Origin: Candidatus Kaiserbacteria bacterium
GTDB lineage: Bacteria; Patescibacteriota; Minisyncoccia; Phycocordibacterales; UBA2100
Direction of reading: 5' to 3'
DNA: 64,000 nucleotides
Assembly (NCBI GenBank): GCA_016432285.1
Contig: CP066682.1
Span: forward strand, 794,274 to 858,273
Below are positions 1 through 11,426 of the stretch, piece after piece. Below the pieces are notes generated by a model. The model was not told where the DNA came from, searched no databases, and was given only the letters and a program-made list of their open reading frames with translations. Each line of letters starts with the position of its first letter. The stretch's first letter is position 1. Position numbers and translations under genes: made by a program.

Positions 1-39
1 TTCCCCTACTCTAGCAAGCGGGTCGAAAGATTCCAATCG

Positions 40-2526
<2,487 letters not shown>

Positions 2527-2579
2527 ACGTAGGGGTCATCCTACCGCAAATCATCTTTTGGCGCGATTTAAAACCAGGA

Positions 2580-2605
2580 GCCCGCGTCGCTTAAACGACG
2601 CGGGC
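2580..2605 (-). terminator. GC-rich hairpin, likely terminator after the 99-aa ORF
   Basis: 10-bp stem gcccgcgtcg/cgacgcgggc with a 6-nt loop; a T-run follows a few nt later on the minus strand. Confidence 0.6.
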
Positions 2606-2611
2606 CTTATT

Positions 2612-2911
2612 TCACGGAGCAGGTCCGTAGCGCACTTTCTCTGCTGCGACGATCAGCGAGCCGACGCTGAACGGGTGCTCCAGTTCGAGCCGCCGCAAGC
2701 CGAACCGCTGGATCACGAGCTTTGCAATCTCGCTCGCTTCCCCCCATGCGAGCGGCATGCCATCGCTTACCTCTTTGGCGCGGGAGACGCTGCGCAATCG
2801 CTTGGCGAGTCGCATCACGTAGGTCTGCACGCTCTCGTCGCCAGGATTGCTTGCCGGCAATCCCGTGCCTTCTACCACCAACTTTTCTCGAATCTGCACT
2901 GAAGCAGTCAT
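2612..2911 (-). CDS. Hypothetical protein (99 aa)
   Basis: SD-like GAGGAG just upstream of the ATG, downstream hairpin and structured leader; no recognisable domain. Confidence 0.55.
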   Translation of the reverse strand: MTASVQIREKLVVEGTGLPASNPGDESVQTYVMRLAKRLRSVSRAKEVSDGMPLAWGEASEIAKLVIQRFGLRRLELEHPFSVGSLIVAAEKVRYGPAP

Positions 2912-2927
2912 GGCGCTCTCCTCAATG

Positions 2928-3140
2928 AGAAAAGCCTCGTCGCTGCAAAGATCCTCTCGAATCCATTCAAGGACGAAGCTTTTGCTTTCGTGTGTACCAC
3001 CTTGTTTCGCCCGCGCATCGCTGCGAAGGCCCTCTGTAGCTGGCTCCGCTCTTGCGACACCAGCGTCCCTGCTTACGGTAGGGCCTCCGTCGCGATTTAT
3101 TAGATCGCGCAGCTCAGGGGTCGGTTCTCCTTCGACAAGC
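2928..3140 (-). promoter_or_regulatory. T-box-like riboswitch leader
   Basis: Antiterminator-like AAGG-TGGTACAC-ACGAA...TTCGT-CCTT (2969-3003), preceded by a GNRA-capped stem III-like hairpin and a CCGTAA stem IIA/B-like motif; competing terminator AGCTTCGTC/GACGAGGCT-TTTCT. Confidence 0.55.
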
Positions 3141-3205
3141 GGAGGATACTATTCCCGTCAACGCTTTTCTCCGCTTTTATCCTACCGGAACATAGAGAGG
3201 CGTCA

Positions 3206-3245
3206 ACCCCTTACCACTTTTGCATCAACAAAAGTGGTAAGGGGT
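3206..3245. repeat. Perfect 17-bp inverted repeat
   Basis: accccttaccacttttg-catcaa-caaaagtggtaaggggt. Confidence 0.9.
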
Positions 3246-3253
3246 CAACATAT

Positions 3254-3285
3254 AAAAAAACGATCCCTCCGGAGGGAGGGATCGT
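3254..3285 (-). terminator. Rho-independent terminator of the 14-aa peptide gene
   Basis: Minus strand reads acgatccctcc-ctcc-ggagggatcgt followed by TTTTTT. Confidence 0.85.
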
Positions 3286-3297
3286 CCGAGAAAGCCC

Positions 3298-3342
3298 TTA
3301 GCGGCGCTTTTTCTTCGATGCCTTCTTCTTTTTCTTCGCCAT
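3298..3342 (-). CDS. 14-aa Lys/Arg-rich peptide MAKKKKKASKKKRR
   Basis: ATG...TAA ORF translated manually; a strong terminator follows; below the ORF-track size cutoff. Confidence 0.6.
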   Translation of the reverse strand: MAKKKKKASKKKRR

Positions 3343-3508
3343 ATGATTTAAATTTTTGCTCGAGCTAACGATCGACCCGCATGCACGCTTTATGCGAAGA
3401 TGCGCTTACATTTTTCATTATTGCACTGCGCTCGCACTCTGTACGTTTTTTATGAAATGCATGTGGATAACTTTTCATGCGTATCTATCACAAAAAAATT
3501 TAAAACAG

Positions 3509-3694
3509 AAAAGATTCAATGCGGAGGACGGGTGCGAGCACGCAAAAGCTAAAGCTTTGAAAACCCACGGTTTTCAATTCATTCCTCCACGGGGAAACTA
3601 CAGTTTCCCCGACCCCCTTCGACACTTTGGAGCTCGTCAGAAAGTACTACCGCGTTCGCAAACAAAAGATTCAATGCGGAGGACGGGTGCGAGC
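3509..3694. repeat. Exact 31-bp direct repeat pair (3509-3539, 3664-3694) around a 124-bp hairpin-rich spacer
   Basis: aaaagattcaatgcggaggacgggtgcgagc occurs twice. Confidence 0.9.
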
Positions 3695-3839
3695 TCCAAA
3701 GTAGAAAGTCTATGTGAGTGCCGCCGCCCTCCGCGCTGAATCCTTTCCTTGTAAAAGCCTAGCACCGCATATTCGTTTGACAACAGTACTTGCGCTGGAG
3801 CACGGCGGCGATAGAATATCTCTGTGAGTGTCACTTTTG

Positions 3840-4042
3840 TGTGGCCCTCCAAGAAAGTCGCGTAGATCCCGCCTTCGGCGGGGTTTGCGTTTCTGCACAG
3901 TACCCGAGCGAAGCTCGGGCTTGGATGCGCAGAAATGCAAACCCGGCCGGAGCTGGGGACCCGTGCGAAGCACGGGGAAGCGAGGCGGGCCCGCGAGCGC
4001 TTGCGAAGCAAGCGACTTGTGGGGTTTGCGTTTATGGGGCAC
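3840..4042 (-). repeat. Nested palindromic element with several cUUCGc-capped hairpins
   Basis: Minus-strand hairpins cccgagcttcgctcggg, cccgtgcttcgcacggg and cgcttgcttcgcaagcg, plus repeated aaa(c/t)gcaaaccc arms. Confidence 0.7.
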
Positions 4043-4045
4043 CTA

Positions 4046-6376
4046 CTAGAGAACGGGCTTGCCGCTGCGGATATCCGAAATCAGCGAATCGGCTTGCGAC
4101 TTGGCGTCGGGGAAGAGCCGTCCGATCTCTTCAAGCGCGCTGATCGCGCGGGCGCTGTCGCCTTGCCCGTAGTAGGCCGCGGCGAGAGTGAAGCGTGCCT
4201 GTACATCTTGCGGATCCGTCTGCACCCGCGCCTCCCAGATGACGGCGATCTTGTCGTACCTCCCAGCCTGCGCGTACGCAGCCGTGATGCGCGAGTCGGC
4301 GGCGCGGCCGGTCGGGATCACAGGCGCTAAAAGTTCGTCGGCGAGCTGCGCCTCACCAAAACGGATTGCGGCGGCGGCGTAGTACAAGCGAGCGTCGACA
4401 TTCTCCTCGAGCAGCTCGAATGCTTGCTTGTAGGTGGCAAGTGCCGCATCCACTTGACCCTGCGCGAGCTGCGCTGCGGCGATTTCATACATGATCGTTT
4501 GTTTTTTCGGCGAGAGTGAAAGCGCCCGCTGCAAAGCCGCGAGTGCACCCGCGTCGTCGCCGTATGCGCCAAGCAAGACACCCAAAAAGAGCGGCGGACG
4601 CGCGTCGAGCGGAGAATCTTCCGCCTGCTTTTGCATTTCGCTTATCGCAAGGTCGAGAAATTGCTTTTTGAGCTCATTCGGGACGCCCTGAGCATTGGAG
4701 AGCTGCGCGGTTCCCTGCACGAGCTGCTCGCGGATCTCCTGACTGCCGTACGAATTTTGCGCGAGCGCTTTTTTGAAATACTCCAGATTTTTCGTCAGAC
4801 CCTCCTGCTGCGGCGCGATCGCCTGCAAGAGGAAGCGGTTGGTGGCAAGCGCCTTCGCGTTGACCGCGTATGCCACTCCCCACACGCCGATCACCGCCAC
4901 GATAGCCACGATGGGCAACGTGCGGATGGGCAGCAGCGATGCACGAAGAATAGGCGCGGCCGATTGCGAGGCACGCCACGCGATGTATCCGAGCGTCGTG
5001 GCAAAGAGCAGGTAGCTCGAAATGTTGTCGAAGACAAAGAGGTTGTGGAAGAAGTATGCCGCGAGGAGACCGGCAAAGATCGAACGCTCAATCGGCGTGA
5101 AGGCGGGCCTCCAGAGTGCCGCAAACGCCGCGCCGAAGATGGAAAGGTACGCGATGAGCCCGAGAAAGCCGCCCGCGACGAGCCAGTCGAAAATCGAATT
5201 GTGCACGCGGTCAAACCACTGCTCGGCCCCATACATGCGCGGGTCGTAGTATTTGTCGAAGACGAGTGCGTAGTTCTCCTGTCCCCATCCGAGCAGCGGG
5301 CGCTCCTTCACGCCCTCCCAGGCCATGCCCCAGTTGAGGAAACGGGCCTGGACGGTGGCGTCGTTGATCGAGATCGTGGAGAGGCGGTTCAAAAAGCCGA
5401 TGCCCTGTACGAAGGCTGTGTTTCGTGCCAGGAAGAGCCCGGTGCCTGCGATCACCAGTGCGAGTGCCCCAATGCCGATCCACTTCCAGATTTTTACTGA
5501 GCTTGAAGAAGTGGCGTAGAGGAGCGCGCCGAGCGCCACTCCGCCGAAGAGGCCGAGCATCGTGCCACGCGTGCCGGTAGAAAAGAGCACGAGCACGTCG
5601 AGCGCCAAGATGAACGACAACAGATATGCGCGGGTTTTCATGAGGAGGTACACCGCAAGACCGTCGACGAGGAGCAGCATCGCATACGGAAGCCATGCCG
5701 ATCCCTTCACGTTGGAGGCGACGACCGCCACAGAGATAGCGACGATACCGCTCACCACGATACGCTCTGCGCTGGACCAGCGATCCTTTCCTGTCTGGTG
5801 CAAAAGCAGTGCCGCGATAAAGACATGGAAGAGCATGTACGCGGCGAGGTAAATCGGGTTGCCGAAGGTCGCGTCGAGACGCGCCGTGAGCCCGGCGGTG
5901 CCGCCCTGCCCGAGGGCCATGGCGCCGACGAGCTGCATCAGAGAGAGGATGGCCACGAGACTAGAGATCGCGAGCGAAACCTCCCAAAGCCGTCGCCACA
6001 ACTTTTCCGTATTCAAAACAGAAACCGCGGCGACGAGATACGCGAGCAAGTGCGCGAGCGTGACCCAGCCGTCCATGCGCTCGTAGTTGCTCCAGAAGCT
6101 CTTCGCAGGATACGCGCCGAGCGCGTCGGCGATGCCGAGCAGAGCTACGAACGCCGCAAAGGCGAACAGAATCCACGATTTTCTAGGCCGGTACGCCGGA
6201 TCAGTGAGTGCGAGCGCGATCCACGCGCCCGCCACCACCTCGACGAGGATGCGAAATGCGAAATTTTTGCCGGTGATGAACGGGAAGAAAAGAGATTGCG
6301 CGACAATGAAGACGATAAAGGGAAGCGCGAAAACGCCCCCGATCGCCACCCATCGCAGCGCGCTCTGTACAGCCAT
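4046..6376 (-). CDS. O-antigen ligase (Wzy_C)-family membrane protein with C-terminal TPR repeats
   Basis: Many TM helices; RLDATFGNPIYLAAY, TGTRG, RPLLGWG and DRVHN motifs; TPR tail; start placed 7 nt after TAGAAT. Confidence 0.88.
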   Translation of the reverse strand: MAVQSALRWVAIGGVFALPFIVFIVAQSLFFPFITGKNFAFRILVEVVAGAWIALALTDPAYRPRKSWILFAFAAFVALLGIADALGAYPAKSFWSNYERMDGWVTLAHLLAYLVAAVSVLNTEKLWRRLWEVSLAISSLVAILSLMQLVGAMALGQGGTAGLTARLDATFGNPIYLAAYMLFHVFIAALLLHQTGKDRWSSAERIVVSGIVAISVAVVASNVKGSAWLPYAMLLLVDGLAVYLLMKTRAYLLSFILALDVLVLFSTGTRGTMLGLFGGVALGALLYATSSSSVKIWKWIGIGALALVIAGTGLFLARNTAFVQGIGFLNRLSTISINDATVQARFLNWGMAWEGVKERPLLGWGQENYALVFDKYYDPRMYGAEQWFDRVHNSIFDWLVAGGFLGLIAYLSIFGAAFAALWRPAFTPIERSIFAGLLAAYFFHNLFVFDNISSYLLFATTLGYIAWRASQSAAPILRASLLPIRTLPIVAIVAVIGVWGVAYAVNAKALATNRFLLQAIAPQQEGLTKNLEYFKKALAQNSYGSQEIREQLVQGTAQLSNAQGVPNELKKQFLDLAISEMQKQAEDSPLDARPPLFLGVLLGAYGDDAGALAALQRALSLSPKKQTIMYEIAAAQLAQGQVDAALATYKQAFELLEENVDARLYYAAAAIRFGEAQLADELLAPVIPTGRAADSRITAAYAQAGRYDKIAVIWEARVQTDPQDVQARFTLAAAYYGQGDSARAISALEEIGRLFPDAKSQADSLISDIRSGKPVL

Positions 6377-6411
6377 GCCCGCCATTCTAGCACGCGGAAA
6401 GAAGGAGCACG

Positions 6412-7479
6412 CTAGAGCGGCTTGATGCGCGTCCTCCCTGTCCCTCGCTTCGGGTACGAGGTCCTGAGCACCTCTATCACACGTACCCCACTTTCGATCG
6501 AGAGGGGGGAATCAGAGGGCCTGATCTTCTTTTCCAAGATGTCCCGGATGTGGAGCGTCTCACGATAGAAATCATCGGGCCGTTTTTTGTCAAAAACCTT
6601 CTGCTGGGGCTCCGCATCTTTCTTGCCCTTCCATCGCACGACATCACCGCGCGGATCACCGTTGCAGATCCACTCGACGAAGCCTTCTCTTCCCTGTGCG
6701 CGCGCCCACTTGCGCGTCGGCTGCGTTATCACATCCTGCACGACGCGACCCATCTTCTTTTTGTCGGTAACGAGCGTGAAGGCCGCGATCGCGTCGTACT
6801 CGACCTTCCCCTCCTTGCGCATATCGTAGACTGCTGTTACCTCTTTCCACGTCCCAAGACCCGCCTCGCGCGCAAAGTACTGCCAGAGGTGCAGCGCGTG
6901 CGAGTGCTCTCCCGAAGCACCGCCGCCCCGAGAAATGAAGCCTAAATAGGTGTCAGCCGGCCCGTGCAACCAGGGATGTGCCTTGAAAATGCCGGCCCAG
7001 TGCTCACGGAATTCCACATCGAGTGCGAGTATTTCGCCGGCGATTTTTTTTCGAAGGAGCTCAGCCATGTACGCACTCGCTTCCGCGACACCGTGATCGT
7101 ATCCGACGAGCAGAATCGTCCCCTGTTTTTTCGCTTTTTCGACGAGCTCTTTCAACCCCTTTGCCGTCGGCTCACACAGCGGTTTTTCCAAAAGTATGAG
7201 TTTTGGTTTTTCCTTGAGTGCTTGGAGCGCGACTTTCATGCGCACGTCCGGAGGCGTGCCGATCATGATGATGTCGTACTCGCCTTTCGGCTCCTCCCCG
7301 GATACGAAGAGCTTGATTGAATCGTCCCACGAGCCATAGCGCGTGGGGTAGATTTCTTCGCGCATGCGCCGAAGCGCTCCTGAATCGATATCCGTAACGG
7401 TAACCTTCCAGCCCATGCGTCGTGACGCCTGAGTCAGATGATTCCCAATCGATCCTGCGCTGATGACTTTTACGTGCAT
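6412..7479 (-). CDS. Gfo/Idh/MocA-family oxidoreductase
   Basis: N-terminal AGSIG Rossmann motif, LLEKPL, GGGASGEHSH. Confidence 0.85.
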   Translation of the reverse strand: MHVKVISAGSIGNHLTQASRRMGWKVTVTDIDSGALRRMREEIYPTRYGSWDDSIKLFVSGEEPKGEYDIIMIGTPPDVRMKVALQALKEKPKLILLEKPLCEPTAKGLKELVEKAKKQGTILLVGYDHGVAEASAYMAELLRKKIAGEILALDVEFREHWAGIFKAHPWLHGPADTYLGFISRGGGASGEHSHALHLWQYFAREAGLGTWKEVTAVYDMRKEGKVEYDAIAAFTLVTDKKKMGRVVQDVITQPTRKWARAQGREGFVEWICNGDPRGDVVRWKGKKDAEPQQKVFDKKRPDDFYRETLHIRDILEKKIRPSDSPLSIESGVRVIEVLRTSYPKRGTGRTRIKPL

Positions 7480-7523
7480 GTATTTAATACGTGGAGTGAT
7501 AGTAGACCCGGTGATACGGCGTG

Positions 7524-7940
7524 TCAAAGAATACCCGCGCTGGTAAAGATCCGCACCCACGCGGATTCAATGTCGTTTCGCTCTGCGTACTCCCGTATCT
7601 CCGCAAGAGTCATAAACCGAACGAATTCATGCTGATCTCGTTCCCGATGGCGTGGCTCTCCATCCCACTTACTCACTTCGTAGACCCACCATTCGTGCGA
7701 GTCAGACCCCGCGTAACAGGGATTATTTTCAATGACCTCGTGGAAGACGAGCTTCATGGCCTTTGCAGTCACGCCTGCTTCTTCAAACAATTCACGCTTC
7801 AGAGCGTCTTGCGGTAATTCGCCCTCATCAATGTGTCCCGCCACCCCGGCGAGACCTTTCGGAATTTTTTTTCGGTAGAGCACGAGCACATCGCCGCCGC
7901 GACGAAGGATCGCACCGACACTCCCGCGCGGGCACCGCAT
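7524..7940 (-). CDS. Nudix hydrolase
   Basis: Nudix box GHIDEGELPQDALKRELFEEAG. Confidence 0.92.
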   Translation of the reverse strand: MRCPRGSVGAILRRGGDVLVLYRKKIPKGLAGVAGHIDEGELPQDALKRELFEEAGVTAKAMKLVFHEVIENNPCYAGSDSHEWWVYEVSKWDGEPRHRERDQHEFVRFMTLAEIREYAERNDIESAWVRIFTSAGIL

Positions 7941-7941
7941 A

Positions 7942-8412
7942 CTATCTTTTTTTCTTTCCTTTCTTCTGCTTACCTTTCTCGTACGTGAGCTTGAGACGCT
8001 CCACGAGCTCCTCCGGCGTGCTGACGATGTCAGTAAAGAGAACTTCGCGGCAGATCTCTCCGCCGTTTTCCGCGGGACTTTCTCGTTCGAGCGCGTAGAT
8101 TACCATGTCGCGGCCATGTGCAAATCCGACTTCAAGCGTGGTGTTGACGCCGAGGTAACCGTTGCGGTTAAACACGAAACACACATCAGCTTTCCGGATA
8201 CGATCAAAGTGCCGTAGTACAAGTTCCGGCACCTGTTTCTTGTAATCCTGCGAGGTCAAACGTTTGTGCTCGGGCATCTCACGGAAATCCCTTCTGAGAT
8301 TGCCAAAATCAGGCACGAGGACGAGCGGCACACCGAGTTGCCGTAAACGATCAGCGAATTCCTCGATCTCTTCGCTGTGCCGCATCGAACCGCAAATGAC
8401 TACACTTTTCAT
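7942..8412 (-). CDS. Nucleoside 2-deoxyribosyltransferase/N-glycosidase-like protein
   Basis: VICGSM ... IRKADVCFVFN ... GVNTTLEVGFA pattern with the catalytic Glu position. Confidence 0.75.
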   Translation of the reverse strand: MKSVVICGSMRHSEEIEEFADRLRQLGVPLVLVPDFGNLRRDFREMPEHKRLTSQDYKKQVPELVLRHFDRIRKADVCFVFNRNGYLGVNTTLEVGFAHGRDMVIYALERESPAENGGEICREVLFTDIVSTPEELVERLKLTYEKGKQKKGKKKR

Positions 8413-8416
8413 ACGT

Positions 8417-9181
8417 TTAGAGAAGCGCTTCCCGCAGCGTCGGCGCTTTGCGGTAGCTTAAACCGATGAGCGTTGCTCCGGCATTAATGAACGAACGTAC
8501 GTTCGTTGTCTCCACGCGGCCGGCAATCTTGATGATGAGGGGATATCCCTTTTTGACGATGTGATCACGCATGGCGCGCAGGTATTCAAAACGCGTATCG
8601 TCCTTGAAATCAAGTGTTGTATTCGGCGGAAGCAAAAAGTTCTCGCGCGTTGTCCAATCTTTCACGCAGTAGACACCAGATTCTGCGAGAACATCCAAAA
8701 GCCAGGGAACCGATTCTCTATCAAACTGCCACAGATACGGGATCTGCGAGATTACTTTGATTTCCGGGAGATGTTTGCGCACCGCCGCAAATTCTTGCAT
8801 CAACGTGTCTTTATCGCGTTTCTGCACCGCGTGGAGATTGACGACCACATCCGCTCCTGCGGCACCTGCGCTCTTTGCGACCTTCGCTTGCGCTTCTTTG
8901 CCTTCCACACCCGAAAGGCCATCCGCAAAATCGATGAGAACTTCAGGCCGCACCGGACTGCCGGACAAGAGGGCCACGAGCTCCTCGATCTCAGCCGGAT
9001 GACACAGTGCGCATCGCGCCGGCATACCGGGAGCTACAGCCCGGGCAACCTCGCTCATTTCTTTGAGCGGATTATCGTACTTCCCCAACGCGGCATAAGT
9101 ATTGGCAAAAGCATATGAGAGATCGAAACGCTCCGCGGGATCGCGGATATCGCCTGGTGTCGCGGGTGCAACAGAGCCCAT
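8417..9181 (-). CDS. Divergent DeoC-like class I aldolase
   Basis: ADVVVN, IKVI, VKDWT at the Schiff-base Lys position, IKIAG, GATLIGLS. Confidence 0.7.
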   Translation of the reverse strand: MGSVAPATPGDIRDPAERFDLSYAFANTYAALGKYDNPLKEMSEVARAVAPGMPARCALCHPAEIEELVALLSGSPVRPEVLIDFADGLSGVEGKEAQAKVAKSAGAAGADVVVNLHAVQKRDKDTLMQEFAAVRKHLPEIKVISQIPYLWQFDRESVPWLLDVLAESGVYCVKDWTTRENFLLPPNTTLDFKDDTRFEYLRAMRDHIVKKGYPLIIKIAGRVETTNVRSFINAGATLIGLSYRKAPTLREALL

Positions 9182-9224
9182 ACGTGTGCGCACTCTAAAA
9201 CAAAAGCCGTGCCTCGGCAAGAAT

Positions 9225-9857
9225 TTAAAGATGCGGTTCTATCTCCGATACGGAGCGTACAACCGTGAAGCCGCGACCGTTCCACTCGTCGACTGCATCT
9301 CCTATACCGATAAACCTGCACCCAAAAATCTCAGCGGCACGCCGATCCCCTTCCCCATCGCCGACGAACACGATTTCGGAGCCATTCACTCTCTCGCGCT
9401 GCGCGATCGACGCAAGATTTTCTCTCTTACTGTGGGAGGAGCCGAGAAACGCTTTAAAATACTGCGCGATGCCGAGTTCACTGACCGTCCGCTCGAGCGC
9501 ACCATCGGGATTATTGGAGTTGATATAGAGCGGATACTTTTTTGAGAGTCGTTCCAGTACGTTACGCACTTCTGGCAACACGCCAAGCTGCAAAATCTCG
9601 TTGCGAGTGATTGCATCGTACCGCTCCGCGTACCGTTGTACCGCATCCTCACTCTCTCTTCCGAGCCGTTTCAGAGTACTTCTGATGATATCGAAGCGGT
9701 TCCCTCGCGCCTCTGAGAATTCTTGTCGTGCAGCATCCGATTCGGTTTCGGGCACCTGTTCACCGAAATCGCTGAAAATCCTTTTGAATGCCTCTTGCTT
9801 CAGGGTTTCAGATGGCACGATCACACCATCGAAATCGAACACAACGACCTGCACCAT
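9225..9857 (-). CDS. HAD-family phosphatase
   Basis: FDFDGVI motif I and FVGDGEGD motif IV. Confidence 0.92.
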   Translation of the reverse strand: MVQVVVFDFDGVIVPSETLKQEAFKRIFSDFGEQVPETESDAARQEFSEARGNRFDIIRSTLKRLGRESEDAVQRYAERYDAITRNEILQLGVLPEVRNVLERLSKKYPLYINSNNPDGALERTVSELGIAQYFKAFLGSSHSKRENLASIAQRERVNGSEIVFVGDGEGDRRAAEIFGCRFIGIGDAVDEWNGRGFTVVRSVSEIEPHL

Positions 9858-9859
9858 GG

Positions 9860-11395
9860 TCAGTCGAATTGGTGACGGCCCCAGTTGGTGAGAGTCGTCA
9901 TGCGCTCCTTTTCGGGCCTGCGACCGATCAAACGATCTTCGTATACGATCTCATCATCAGTGCGCGGAAGCGATATTTCTTCAAAGATCGCGCCCGTATC
10001 GTTCCAAAAGCGGTGCTTCACGCCACGCTGAATCGTAACCACGTCGCCCGCGTGGAGGGTTTGGCGGCGGCCGTCAATCTCGAGATCGAGTGTACCGAAA
10101 AGCACGTCGTATGAGATCTCCGATTTGGTGTGATGGTGGAGCGGGTACTCCTGCCCCGGCAGTTGCACGAGAACGCGCTTGCGGTACTCGCGATCGATGC
10201 AATCGATCGCTATCGCCCCGACTTCGCGAAAATCTTTGAGTCCGTAGTGATGTAGAAACTGTAGTTTGAAATCCACCGGGAGTGCCACCTTTGCGACGTT
10301 GAGCATAGCCTTTACCTCGTGGATGGGGTGATAGATGAGATCCCGGTTCGTAGGTTTGAAATCGCGAGCCGCGCGGGATACGGGATCGTCTTTTTTGTAA
10401 GCTTTTTCCGCAGACACTTTGCTCTCGCGAAAATCACCGCTCGAAAGTTGTCCGAATCGGATCGGGAATGCGAAGTAAATATCGCCACGTTTGATTACGG
10501 CCCCTTTTTTGAGTGCACGCTTTGCAAAGACTCCGCGTTGCTGCATCGCAAGTTCGTTTATTTCCTTGGGGTCGGTCTCCCGCTCGGCGGTACCCTCCAT
10601 AGCACGTGCTTCTTCCCACGCGCGGATCCAAGCGTCGAGTTGTTGAGGCGTAGAAGAGTAGGCGTTCAAGGGTTTGTCTTTCGTCGGGATACCGACATGC
10701 CGCTCAAAGACACGGGCACCCTTCGCATAGGCGATGCCGATCGCCGACGTATTGTTGGGGTCCTCGTGGGTTGAAAATCCTACGCTGACGCCAGGATAGC
10801 TGTTGCGGAAAACCTCGATGTGCTTCAGATTCAGCCTGCTCGCGGGAGTAGGATACACTGAGACACAGTGCATGATCGCGAAGTTCGAATAACGGTGCCC
10901 CAAAAAACTCACCAGCTTGTCCACCTGAGCGAGTGTCATACCGCCCACAGAAACGACGATTGGTTTGCCGAGCGCCACCGCTTTCTCCAAAAGCGGCCAA
11001 TCAGCCGCGGACGCGGATGCGATTTTTACCATGTCAACGTTGAGCTCTTCCAAGAGATCAACAGAGGCTTCGTCGGAAGGCGTTGCCATCGTGATAAATC
11101 CTGCCTTTCGCGCCGCGTCCACGAGTATCTTGAAATCTTTTTTAGAAAGCCGTGTCGAGAGAAAGCGCGCAACGTGCTTGTTGGTGCTCCCCTTTCTTTC
11201 AGCCGGATGCACAAACGTATCGAGGTCTCGGAATTGGAACTTCATTGCAGCGCGCACGCCATGGTCCTTCACGACCTGCGCACACTCTTCGATGATCCGA
11301 AGGCCATGCTTCACCGAACCACCGTGGTTGTTGGCCATCTCGAGAATAAAGAGATTCGTGAAGTCAAATGGCTCTCCACGTGCTGTCAGTTTCAT
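9860..11395 (-). CDS. neuB: NeuB-family nonulosonate synthase with SAF and C-terminal cupin domains
   Basis: EMANNHGG, MHCVSVYPT, GFSTHE and FERHVG motifs; cupin with PLHHHTK...HRF. Confidence 0.9.
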   Translation of the reverse strand: MKLTARGEPFDFTNLFILEMANNHGGSVKHGLRIIEECAQVVKDHGVRAAMKFQFRDLDTFVHPAERKGSTNKHVARFLSTRLSKKDFKILVDAARKAGFITMATPSDEASVDLLEELNVDMVKIASASAADWPLLEKAVALGKPIVVSVGGMTLAQVDKLVSFLGHRYSNFAIMHCVSVYPTPASRLNLKHIEVFRNSYPGVSVGFSTHEDPNNTSAIGIAYAKGARVFERHVGIPTKDKPLNAYSSTPQQLDAWIRAWEEARAMEGTAERETDPKEINELAMQQRGVFAKRALKKGAVIKRGDIYFAFPIRFGQLSSGDFRESKVSAEKAYKKDDPVSRAARDFKPTNRDLIYHPIHEVKAMLNVAKVALPVDFKLQFLHHYGLKDFREVGAIAIDCIDREYRKRVLVQLPGQEYPLHHHTKSEISYDVLFGTLDLEIDGRRQTLHAGDVVTIQRGVKHRFWNDTGAIFEEISLPRTDDEIVYEDRLIGRRPEKERMTTLTNWGRHQFD

Positions 11396-11426
11396 GGCGG
11401 CACTATGTCCGACAAAATCCTATAAA

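Noticed and set aside
3462-3470. Perfect DnaA box (TGTGGATAA) suggesting oriC
   Set aside because: A single box with no cluster and no dnaA/dnaN nearby
3509-3694. Possible CRISPR array from the 31-bp repeats
   Set aside because: Only two copies, a 124-bp spacer and no cas genes in the window
3500-4042. tmRNA, RNase P, SRP or 6S RNA
   Set aside because: No diagnostic motif found (tRNA-like ends, tag ORF, P4 helix or SRP domain IV)
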